Shown here piece by piece: positions 40,253-52,359 of a DNA stretch of 64,000 nucleotides. Position numbers and translations under genes: made by a program. Source of the stretch: Paramecium tetraurelia (lineage: Eukaryota); assembly GCA_000165425.1 (NCBI GenBank), contig CT868661.1, positions 221,131 through 285,130 on the forward strand, in the 5' to 3' direction. How positions within the stretch are numbered: position 1 is the first letter of the stretch; every line of letters starts with the position of its first letter. The notes beneath the pieces are model-generated. The model ran no database searches. It had not been told where the DNA came from and was given only the letters and a program-made list of their open reading frames with translations.

Positions 40253-40673
40253 TTCTTATTTTAAAATAGAAAATCAAAATTACAAAATTATCCTACATTT
40301 AATTTCAACTAATTATTATACTAATATATAAATATGCCCTTTCTTAAGGGAATATCAAAATATCAAAGAATAATTATATTATTTAGTATTAAAAATGACA
40401 TTAAATATCAATATAATAAATTATAACCTAGAAAATTTAATAATTTTCATTTTTCAAGACAATCTCATTATGATCAATACGTGTTATTGATAAATAAGAA
40501 TTTGAGGAGAAAGAATAAGTAATCACTTAAATTACAGAATTTGAATATTAAGATTGATGGAATATATTGTAATTCCCTACTGAAATCTAACTATTCACTC
40601 TCATTTAGAAATAAGAAGAAGATAAAGTAAATAAATAAAATTGCGGATTAGGACTGTGAATATATTAAATATA

Positions 40674-41621
40674 ATGAATAATATTATCGAATTTATAAAA
40701 AAAAATGGGAATCCATTTGAAACTCTTGAACTCGACATGACAGCAGATAAAAAAGAGATAAAATCTTAATATAAAGATTTGGCTAGAAAATATCATCCTG
40801 ATAAGAATTTAAATACTAAGGAGATTTTCATAAAGATTTAAAAAGCATATGAGTTCATTGTGAATAATTTGGCAGACATCCATAAATATGTAGAGCACTA
40901 GAAATTCAGACAACAAGAAAATAGCAAAATGAGCAACGAATAGAAATAATATGCAGAGGATTTAAAGAGAAGAGAATAATTTGCTGAGAAACAGAGATAA
41001 TAGGATGAGGTAGTAAAGTAAATGAAAGTTAATGAAGAAGTATTAATATCTTACATCTTAGATGACTAGACTTGAAGAATAGAGAAAATTTGAGGAGAAT
41101 GAAAAGAAATAGAAACAAGAGAAATTAATTTAATTTGAGTTGCAAAATCAAGATCTGTATAAGAGATTAAATACTATAAAGATCAAGTGGGCAAAGGATT
41201 AGTTATATACTTCTGATTTGTTAAGTCTATTATTTAAAAACTATGGAGCTATTCAGGAGATTAAAATTAAGGATAATAAGAGAAAAGCAACTATCACTTT
41301 CCATACAACTGAAGCAGCAGTAAATAAATAAATATATTATAGAGTAATGCAGTGATTCAATCTAATAGTGGATTTTTGAAGGTTAAGCACTTTATGAAGG
41401 AGGAAAAGAGGTAGTAAGTTTAGAAGCAATTGCAAACAGAAAAGGAGCAAATCAATAGGAATGATCAAAATGTCTATAATCTCAGTACTGATACTTTGAA
41501 TAGAATTTCTCATTTTTACAATAAAGATTCCAAGATAAAGGAGGGGTTGGACGAACTTAAAAGAGAGCAGGAGAGATTAAAATTAATAAATTAGATCTAT
41601 GAAGAGGAACTAAATAAATGA
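40674..41621 (+). CDS. J-domain + RRM protein, DNAJC17/Cwc23-like
   Basis: NPFETLEL...LARKYHPDKN (HPD motif), coiled coil, then TIKIKW...LFKNYGAI...ATITF (RRM-like). Confidence 0.85.
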
Positions 41622-41762
41622 GTGTGAGTGTGTGTTTTGATTAATGTAATTTTATCTATTTTTTGATTTAAAAGAGAGAGTTCAAGTGAAATGCTGGGTT
41701 GGATTAATATTGATAAATTTTTAAGTTTATTTTATATAATAATTAAAAAACGAATTACAATT

Positions 41763-44700
41763 ATGGATTAGTAAAGATTTTAGATATCTTATCCCTAATT
41801 GTAAAGTATGTTTGACACAGGCAACTTGTAATCTGGTCAATCGAGTGAAATATTAGATCAAATAGGGTAAGTTGTAATGTAAATAGAAGGGGTGTTGAAT
41901 AAATATTCAGAAGTTTGGAAAGTGATCCAAAAAGTGGAATATAAGATGTGAGTGATAGAGTAGAGCAATTTGGAAGTAATAAGTTGGATCCACCTGCTTT
42001 ATCCCCCTTTTATATGTGTATGTACAAATAGAGCAAGGATTTCTGTATTCGAATCTTAGCACTTGCAACAGTAATAATGTTTCTGATGGCTTTATTCTCT
42101 GAAGAACCATTCGAATAGATAGTGTAAGCATTTTCAATTCTTATTGCAATTTGTGCAGTGGTGATCATAGGTGCATTGACTGACTATAGAAAGGAAAAAT
42201 AATTTAGACAATTGTATTTGGAATAGGAGGAACAATAGAAGAAACTATTTTAGGTGGTTCGAAATGGAGTCATCTAATAATTGAATCATCTTGACCTTGT
42301 TGTAGGAGATATCATTACAATTAAACCAGGGGATAATGTGACCATAGATGGGATACTCATTGATGGAACTGAGACTGTAGAAGTGGATGAAAGTATGATA
42401 ACTGGTTTAACTGATTCATTATCTAAACAACCGATATCAAGAGGCAAGAATTGTTTTATTAGAGGAGGTAGCAATATTTTTGAAGGAACCGCAAAAGTGA
42501 TAGTTTTGGCTGTGGGTAAATTTACATACTCTAACAGAATGAAGAATGATAATTAGATTAAGGAAGAGGGGGAAGAGGAATTGATTCATGATGAACGATC
42601 GCCATTGGCAAAAGCATTAGAAACATTGGCTAAATTCTTAGTCTTCATTGGTTGCATGAGTGCATTGGCTATGTTTATTATTTTAGAATTGTATATGGTT
42701 AGAGAACTATAAGAATTACAAGAGAAAATATTCTCTTAGTTTACTTTAAAGAAGGTCCTATCAGATTTTATTGATGCTTTTCTTATTATAGTACTCTCTA
42801 TTCCAGAAGGATTGCCATTAATTGTAACATTATCTTTGGCATTTTCGATTGCTAAATTGAGATAACAAGACATTGTGATTAGGAATTTGCATGTTTGTTA
42901 AGTGTTGGGAGGCATTGATACTATTTGCTTTGATAAAACTGGAACATTAACCTATAATAATCTCAAAGTTAGTAGTGTTCACATTGCAAGTGAAGAAAGA
43001 TACCATAATTTGCAATCTAAAGATCCCATTTTTAGAATGTTAGCAGAGGCAGTATTATCTACAAATTCAGCCTTTTTATCAGAAGAAACTATTAATCAAA
43101 TTAAATAGGGTGAGCAAGAAGAGGGCCAATCAGAACATAGTGGAAAATCAAATAAGAAATCTTAAAAATCAAAGAGTTCTTCTTCAAAATCTGTTAAATC
43201 CACAAGTGTGAAAGAGGGAACCATAAAAAGTGATTGGAGTGGTAATAGATTGGATGTTGCTCTAATTGATTATGTGGAATTGAAATTGAAAAGGGAATTC
43301 GTTTATGAATATTTAGAAGATCTAAAGAATTAAATTAGAAAAACAATTCCAATTAATAATTATGGATTCCATACTGAAGTTTTATAGATAAGAGGTGATA
43401 AATACAGGATCATTTTGAAAGGCAAATCCAAAGAAATTATTGAAAAATGTAGTTAACTCAATATCTCAATTCCAGATAATAGGGATTTCGAATTATATGA
43501 ACCAGGACGATTTCTATTGTAAGATTGTTGCAATCAAGTTATGAACTAAGAGTTTTCAGAGTTAGAAAAGAAGGCTGTTTTAAATTACAACTCTTAATCA
43601 CTAAAAACTATATCATTTGCATATAGAGATGTTTAAATCAACAATTTGATTGAATAAGATTGGAACCAATTAATCACTTAGAATAACTTTACTTATATTG
43701 GAACCATAGCTATGAGAGATGACATTAGACAGGAGGCTAAGAGATTAGATAGTGCTTTGAAAATGGGTAGTATGAGTGTGATGATATTGACTGGGGACAC
43801 TAGAGTAAATGCAGTTAATGTAGCCAAATAATTAGGGTGGGTAAGTAGTGATTAAGCAGATCTTGAAATATAAAGAATAAGTGAACATTTGCCAAAGTCT
43901 TCTCAAATGGAATAACCTAACATCATTGAACCTCCATTCATTAATACTGATGAATAATAAGCTATCAAGATTACATCAGCAATAATGGAATGTCCACAAG
44001 ATGAAATTGCTCCACTCTTGAATAATAAATTTGATCATTAATAAATTCCATCTTCAGCAACATTAAAAACTATATTGATTTTGAATTTCTAAGAATATGT
44101 CATTAGAATTAGAAAGATTCTTAATGATTCCAAAATTTATTATACTCATTAAGAAGTTAATGAAAAAAACATTGTATCCAAAATTCCAGAGATTTTAGAT
44201 GATGCCATTGCTAGCAAAGTATTATTCAATAAATAAATCTTAGGCAGTCTCAAATATGAATAAAGTACTATAAATCTTAGCAGATCTCAATTAACATTAA
44301 AAGCATCAATTTTTGGAGGTGTATTCCAACATCAATGAATCCACCATTGGATATGTCGGAGATGGAAATAATGATGCTATTGCTCTGTAAACTGCAGCTG
44401 TTGGTATCACATTAGGAAAGACTGCCACTAACATAGCTAGAGAATGTAGTGGAGTAATCTTGATGGATGATAAATTAGATGGCATCGAACTATGTATGAA
44501 ATATGGCAGAAACATCTTCTTAAATATTAAAAGATTTATCTATTTCCAATTGAGTTTCTTTTTGAATTCCATTGCTATCATGCTAACTGCTTCTATTGTT
44601 TTGAAATAATAGCCATACACTGTCTTAGAAGTCATCTGGTTGAGCTTGTAATTTTATGATATCATTTTAGAGTACAAGATATATTTTCAGCCATTGCCCT

Positions 44701-45252
44701 TAGTACTGAGATTCCTTAGGATGATATCTTAAATAGAACTAAGCCTGCTAAAAGAGGAGAAAATATCATCGACAAGTTTTTATTATAAATGACTTGCACG
44801 TAAGCCACATTCCAATATTTGGCCACTTTGATTGTTCTCTTTTTGACACCATTCATTTTTGACATTGAGTAATAATATTTCAATAAGCAAATAGACCCTC
44901 TTACAAGCATGATTTGCATGCTCTAGGAGCAGAGTTTGTATCTGAATGGGCTGTTCATTATACTCTTGTCTATCATTTAACTGCTAATTTCTAGATTGTC
45001 AATTTAATATGCAGTCGTAGAATTGGTTAACATGAATACAATGTATTTGAAGGTATCCAAAAGAATAAACCATTTACTGTCATGATCATTGGATTGATAA
45101 TAATTCAATAAGTTATCATATATGCTGGAGGCAAGTACTTTAAGACTGCTCCATTAACCATATTGTAAAATCTGTTTTGCTTATTTTTATCATTCGGAGC
45201 CATGATTGTCTTTTGGTTGTCTAAATATTTCTATTCAATTTAAAAAAAATGA
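41763..45252 (+). CDS. divergent P-type ATPase, PMCA (P2B)-like
   Basis: LVVGDII, VDESMITG, SIPEGLPL, CFDKTGTLT, ILTGD, YVGDGNNDA and GRNIFLNIKRFIYFQL motifs. Confidence 0.92.
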
Positions 45253-45622
45253 CATATCAAAATAGATATATATGTAAAACAAATACAAATATTATTTTTA
45301 TCAATATATAGAGCACCCTTGCTTAAATTCTACATTAGATAATTATTCTTGTTTAAGCTTCTTTGATGATAGGTTTTTTCTCTCTTTTTATGAAAATAAG
45401 ATTATGGTTGTGTGATAATCTTAGAATATTTAAGATTATCTTAATATTTAATACCATAACTATAGAAAAAAATCAATAATTGCTATAGAATGCCTAGATT
45501 ACATGCATAACCATATAAATAGTATGTGATTATAAAAATCTTACTATAATGATTATAAATATATACTTAGTGATTTTCTCCCAAATTTAAGTGAATTTTT
45601 ACATAATTTATATTTCAAATTT

Positions 45623-46723
45623 ATGATTAATTGATTGCAAAGTTTGAATAAATCTTTTAATGATTACAAGATAACAACAAAGAGAACTTCAAATTAATAA
45701 ATTAATCATAAAATAAAAACAAAAATCAAGTTAATCATCCACTGATACTACTCCATCATCTGAATTGCAAGAAAATTCCTTACTTGAAATGCTAGAATTT
45801 CTCTATGTTGGAAACAAATAGTCAGTTGAAAAAGATGATCAAGAATCTTCCTAAGATCCTCAGATTAAAAGAATTGAAGATTATAATAAATAATACTATA
45901 ATGATAACCTACACAATTTAATAGATGATTAGAACGTCTTTAGTCAATGTCTAGCTAATCATAGAATAAGAGAATGGGCAAGAGGTAAAATGATTGATTG
46001 GATGATTGAAGTGTTTGCATCCAACAATAATGAATACTCAAATAATGATCTTACTTTTTTTAGAGCTGTCAGCTTATTGGATGCATACTTGAGAAGCTCC
46101 TATAATTTAAATGAATCAGATATGTATTTAATTGGAGTAACTTGTATATTAATCGCATCAAAAATTGAGGATATTTATCAACTTTCCATTAAAACAATTA
46201 TTTAAGATCTTTCCCATAATAACTTCTCCTTGTTTTAAATCAAGTAATAGGAATCGATAATCCTTGAAACATTAAATTTTGATACTTGTTTTCCTACTGT
46301 AAATGACTATCTACAATATTTATGCTTCTAATTATTTGGATAATCAAAAAAGTAGACTATATGATATGATATTTTAGCCAAGCATTTTAAATAATTTAAG
46401 AAACAGCTTTGTACACACTCAAAATGTGTTAGCATGATTATGGCATTATATAATATCAATAATATTTATTAGCAGCCAGTGTAATAGGATTTACTATTTT
46501 AAACTATGTTGAATTGCATTTTTAATAATTACCAATCAACTTTAAAAAATAATTATTATAGACTGTATGTAATATATTATAAATTTACCAGTAGCATACC
46601 CTTTTGAGAATTGGATAATTAGAGTTAGCAGATTATGTGGAATGTATACAAAAAGTTGAAGAATTAACTTAAACATTTCATAGTAAATACCCTGAATATT
46701 TAAATCTTTAGAGATTCAATTGA
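45623..46723 (+). CDS. cyclin (A/B-type cyclin box)
   Basis: RGKMIDWMIEVF...FFRAVSLLDAYL...LIGVTCILIASKIED...ESIILETLNF. Confidence 0.93.
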
Positions 46724-46785
46724 CTATACTGTAGTATTTAGTTTTTAATTAAAAAATTAATTAATTATTAAAAATAAAAAAGAAC

Positions 46786-46859
46786 CGCCCTCCAAGGGGG
46801 TCGAACCCTTGACATTTGGCTTAAAAGGCCAACGCTCTGACCAACTGAGCTAGGAGGGC
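46786..46859 (-). tRNA. tRNA-Lys (anticodon UUU)
   Basis: Reverse complement folds as a cloverleaf: acceptor GCCCTCC/GGAGGGC, D-arm GCTC/GAGC, anticodon arm TTGGC-CTTTTAA-GCCAA, T-arm AAGGG-TTCGACC-CCCTT. An oligo-T Pol III terminator follows. Confidence 0.97.
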
Positions 46860-46950
46860 TAGCTTGACACTTGTACACTTCTTTCTATTATGAACTAATC
46901 GAAAATGAATTTTTAAATTAATATTTATATATTTAGTAACATCTAATATT

Positions 46951-47583
46951 ATGAATATATAAACTTAGTCAAGCAGAACAAAAATAAGTGAAAGCTCTAA
47001 TTGAAATTATAATCATACTGAGAAACAACAAAATATTATTGGATTTTATGAAGTATATATAGAAAATTATGAATCAATATATTGAATTATTAAAAATGAA
47101 TAAATTATTTCGTTTTGCAAAAGTGATTGCAAGATCAATTTATAAACCTGCTTAAAAAACTCTCTATAGAATTCCATAGATTAAGCAAGTTCTTAATGAT
47201 GACCATCGTTAGAAATCCTAATTTAATACACTGGCATTCTAGTAATTCTTTTATAAAATTTTCTAGAAATCACTTACAGTTGATTTAAGTCTAGAATTAA
47301 GAACAAATTAAATAGAAATTCTAAGTTGGCCTCTCAGAATTAGGTAATTAATTTATAACTATAACTAGCCAAAATAAATGCTTAGCTATTGAAGTAAACT
47401 AATTACGTCAGGTTTGCCGGGGACTTTAGTCCTTGTGTTAACCCTGAGTAGTTTATTCATGCGTTGTAGATTTATAGACAAGGGGCTTTGGCTTAGTTCT
47501 ATAGCATTGACGATTTAGAGACCATTAACAGTGTTTATCAATCAGACTCCGAATTTGAGTTTTAGGATAGCCAAATATTATGA
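46951..47583 (+). CDS. coiled-coil hypothetical protein
   Basis: MNIQTQSSRTKISES..., intron at ~47344, ends DSQIL-TGA. Confidence 0.6.
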
Positions 47584-47801
47584 ATAACCTATTAGATATA
47601 CTTATATTTATAATAATATTTCACACAAAAAGAGATTCTTAAAAAAATTTTCATTATGATATAACTTTTATGAAGATACCTCTAATTCACAATCACAGAT
47701 ATGCTTTCATCGATGCCAACTCTACTTGATATCCAAATTTTCAAGGGTGTAATTAAAGATGTACTAATTGATAATATCAATTAAAGTCTAATAATATTAA
47801 T

Positions 47802-48563
47802 ATGAATAAAGAGACTGTGCCGATGTTTAAGTTTATAGTCGTAGGAGATCAATGTAAGTGGGTATGTCAGACTTAGCTGTGGGCAAAAGTAGCTTTGTAA
47901 AATAATATTCCGAATCCATTTTCATAGAAACTCATAAACCAACTATAGGAGTAGAATTTGTAAAAAAAATTGTTGTTGTGGATAAACGCCGAGTTGAATT
48001 ATAAATTTGGGATACTGTAATTTAGGGTCATATAAAATAGGCTGGACAAGAATAATTTCGTAGTATGATAAAGAGTTTTTATCGTGGCGCAGCTGGAGTT
48101 TTTGTGTTATACGGTGTGAATCAAAGAGATTCCTTCGAAAAATTAAATGAATGGTTACAAGAATTATAGGAGAGTGCTCATGAAGAAATCGTTAAAATTT
48201 TAGTAGGAAATAAATCAGATTTAGAAAGAGATGTATCAAAGAAAGAGGCAGAAAAATTTATGAATGATAATAATTTTAGTTTATTTTTTGAGACTTCCGC
48301 CAAAACTGGAGAAAATGTAGAAAAGGTAAAATTACTGATTCATTTTTAAGGCTTTTGTAGAAGCTGTTAAACTGGTGATTATGCGCATGTTTACAAGTGA
48401 ATCGTTTAAAAACTCAATAAAAACAATTAAAAAGACTCCTGCAAATTCGAGACAAAATACAAGTAGAAATGAACCCATAGATGATGTTGCTTAATCATCG
48501 AAACCTATACAACTATAAGTTACTCCATAAAATTAATAAAAATAAGAAAAGCAGTGCTGTTGA
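47802..48563 (+). CDS. Rab-family small GTPase
   Basis: GDQSVGKS, TIGVEF, WDTAGQE, GNKSD and ETSAK motifs, C-terminal QCC-TGA. Three tiny introns. Confidence 0.95.
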
Positions 48564-49614
48564 ACATTTTAATATTATAATGTATTATAACATAATTTTT
48601 AATTTTACAGGCATTTAAGAATTGAAATTAAAGATTTTCCTCTCTTAGATCAATTATATAGAATTGACTCAATAATTCCCTTACCATTCAACTCATAATA
48701 TTATTTGGCCATGAGCTTTTAAATTCTAAAATTTCTTTTATTACTTTTATTATAATCCAATTAATATTATCATCTAAAAAAATTTTATATTTCTCTTTTT
48801 GTTTGTTAATACCTCATTTGAAAATTTCAATCATAATTTGAATTTAAGCAAGTGAGATACGATAATCAAGCATAATTTTTCCCCTCTTTTTCTAAAATTT
48901 TTTTATCTTATTGTTTAAAACTCCTATTAGACTTTTTTATTCAAAATAATAAGTTTTCTTTCAAATCGTAATTAAGGCAATTACAGCACTAAATTAATAA
49001 AAAAGGATAGAAATTATTTAAATTAGATTGATTTTTACATACTTTTTTTTATGTTATGTTGAAAAATTGTTCTTATTTAAACAATTATTTTCCAATCTCA
49101 TTTATATATATCTTCTGAAAATTTATTCTTTCCATAAATGATAAAATTCTTTAGAGAAAGTCTAATATAGACTTAAATTAAAATATCAACTCAAAAAATA
49201 GGAATAATAATTTATCCTAAAATTTTAAGAATTAAAAAATATTATAGATTTGACCTTCTAATTGGATTAAACAAAATGAAATGTTATGATAATTCATGTG
49301 ATTTATTTATTTAATAAATTATCTATAACAATAGTATACCTTTAAATTTATAATTCTTGCTTAATTATTAAAGTGCTATAGTTTCAAATGAATAAGTAAG
49401 TTTGTAATTTATCAATATCATCTATTCATAAATTTGAAATTTTTTATATTTACAGTTAGAATATAAAATGTCTTAGCCCATATAAGACATATAATGTTAG
49501 ATACGCTTCAATGATGCTCACTTTATGAATAATTAATGAAATTTAATACATTATATTTAAATGAGAAAATTTGATATGAGGATGTTTTTGAATTATATAT
49601 ATATAAACATAAAG

Positions 49615-50318
49615 TCATTAATTTTAATCCAATAGACCACTAGAATTGCACCGTTATAGGGATTTTTTATTTATACTTCTCTTTCTCAAACGTTCATTAA
49701 ACTAATGTTCTTGTTAATTGACACTCTTTTTTATCAGAGACGCATGTCTAACATTTATTGAATTTATTACTAATCTAGCTTCTCATGATACTCGTCTACC
49801 ATGCCTTGAACCTTTTCTGGTTGATATTTTACAACCTAAATTACTTATTCTTAAATTGCAAGCTTAATAGATTTTTCTTTTTTTTTATTGCGAATGTAAT
49901 GTTCATCTTCCTCTATTAGAATAGGTGATAGATTATTGATTTTTTAGTTAACAGGTGATTGTACTTCAGTAACAAGCCGAGTCTTTAGGCAGCTGATTTA
50001 TTACATTTCATAAAGTGCATTTTAGATTTTATCAACAAAGTAGTACTTGATGTCATCTTTTCGACTGTCATAAAACTCTATGCATTGCTAATACATTTGC
50101 ACTACTTGATTAACACGTTCAATAGTGCATTCTTTAACTATTTTTTATTCAAGAGTAGACAGCATTGTGAAAAATTGTCTTGTAAGTGGTTGAGGGCGAT
50201 CCTACTTGAAATATTCCTCAGGTGGTACTATGCACATGTCTTCTTATTAACGAGGATCAGACTTAGTGCGTGATCTGCTACCACCTAATTATTCGAAAGC
50301 TTGTCGAAAAATTCTCAT
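49615..50318 (-). CDS. hypothetical protein (helical, coiled-coil C-terminus)
   Basis: MRIFRQAFEQLGG...VVQMYQQCIEFYDSRKDDIKYYFVDKIQ...CNSSGLLDQNQ-TGA. Confidence 0.7.
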
Positions 50319-50818
50319 TCTTAAATTTAATTTAATTATATTATTAAATGATGCATTTTTTAAAAGAAGAACTTTGATAATAAATACTTATTGCTTTAAA
50401 TTAGTTCTTGATTAATATTATTTTGTTCCTCTACTTTAAATACTATAGAGGTTGATAGATGAAACTTAAAACTCTACTCATTTTTATTTTACAATTGAAA
50501 GTACTATTAAATGAGTTTTTATAATGAGAACCTTATAAATAATTGAGATATAAATTCATCTATATCTATGATCCAATAAGAACGATTCAGTTATAAAATT
50601 TTAGATATTGAGACATAATTTAATATCTGATAGAGTATAGCTTAAATAAAATGGATTGCATTAAAGGGTTACTCTAACTAATCTTTGGTTACTCGAACAA
50701 GAATTATATAATTAATAAATGATTTTATATGAATCACAATTTATTTAATTCTAAAATTTAAATAGATGTAATGATTTGGCTGGATGATTAATAAATTTAT
50801 TATAAGATAATTTTCATC

Positions 50819-51246
50819 ATGGTTCTTCCAAATGAAATAGATAATAAGGTGTTCTCAGAAGTACCTAGTCCAAAAACAGCACCTGTAAAAGAAAATTAAA
50901 TGATCGAAAATAACTATGTTCTTAAAAAGGAAAAGATTAAGAAATATATGAAGGTCCCATTAAAGACTAAATAGGAGCTTCATCAGATGGTTTAATAGGA
51001 AGGAAAAAAAATAAAAGAAGTAAAATGATTTAGAATTAATGATTGTAGGCTGCCAAAGTTCTTGGTATAAAGTATGCAACAGCAAAGACAATAGTTTTTC
51101 ATAAAAGACAAAAACGAAAAGAGAAGAAATAGCTCGGCATAAAAATGTGTGGTTATACTAAAAAAAATAAAGATAGAGCTTCTCTTTTTCGGATCATTTC
51201 TATAACTGGTATTGATAAAAAACACTGTATGGAGTATGCTTGGTGA
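50819..51246 (+). CDS. small helix-turn-helix (homeodomain-like) protein, paralog B
   Basis: KKYMKVPLKTKQELHQMVQQEGKKIKE[29-nt intron 51020-51048]AAKVLGIKYATAKTIVF. Confidence 0.8.
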
Positions 51247-51609
51247 ATGGCTTTATGATTTTATATATCTATTTATATAAGAATATTAAATCTAATTAAA
51301 TAATTAACGATTGGATAAATTACGTGACAGAGAGAGATAAGTAAAATGAAAGAAAATAAAAAAAATAAAGTATAAACAAATATAGAGATAGTAAATTATT
51401 TTCGATTGGTTTTTAAAAAGGTTGGGAGAAGTACATAAAATTTGATTACATTTTGGACAGTGATTTTGATGAAATTGGTTCGTGTCTTCTTTTTGAAAGG
51501 ATTTTATAAATCATTTTTATGTCAAAAAATTCATTAAGATCGAAATCGAACATTTATGAATTCGTTTTGAATAATTCATTATAATAATTATAATAATTAT
51601 AAAATTATC

Positions 51610-52047
51610 TCATTTATTATTTGGCCATTTGATTTTCTTCAAGAGATAATCAATCAAAATTTCTGGATTGTGCGTTTTCAGTGTATTTTGATTAATCCAT
51701 GATACTTTTGGTGCACGGTTGTTCTTTTGTTTCCAGGAGACTTAAAATAGGAGGTTTTGTCCATCATTATCCTTTCTAATTTACAAAATTTCGTCTGCAG
51801 AATCACCATCATCATAATTTCCCTCTCCAACTTCTTGAGGCTATTTTTATTTCAAAGATTATTCGAAATCAAGCACATAGGTCATAACAGATTGTAGATT
51901 TTCAATAGGTTCCCAAGTTTTTTCATTATCGGAATATCCCTACCATTTTACTTCATATTCGGTTCTTCCATTCTTAACTCGTTTATTAGTAATGGCCTCG
52001 ACCATATATTCTTCTTATGAGGAGACTGACACAGGAGAACCTGACAT
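51610..52047 (-). CDS. HP1-like chromodomain + chromoshadow-like protein
   Basis: [40 protein letters not shown], then ADEILQI...LLFQVSWK...NPEILIDYLLKKIKW. Confidence 0.92.
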
Positions 52048-52359
52048 CTTAATTAAATTAATGGTGCTCATAATAAACATCTGGTACTTAAGAGTCTATT
52101 AATTGCCTGGTTTTAATTTGTTAATAATCCCATTATAAAATGGCTGTCAATGATGTGGAATCTAGGGTTCTTATTAAAATAATTAAATAGTATTTCTACT
52201 AAGTATAAAAACATTTAATTTAGACAATTCTTTCATACACATCCAAAATAAGTAAATAATTAGGAGTATTCTGAATATTGTAAAATGTAGAGAAGTCTTT
52301 GGGGATATTGAGTTTTAATGATTGGTTTACATTATAAAGGATTAATTAATATAATAAAA

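Noticed and set aside
40334..40726. ~130-codon open frame upstream of the DnaJ gene
   Set aside because: Very AT-rich, no recognisable motif, overlaps the DnaJ start, and is expected by chance with a single stop codon.
49615..50318. TFIIS-like zinc ribbon
   Set aside because: The coding frame gives a helical protein. The apparent Cys pairs are off-frame.
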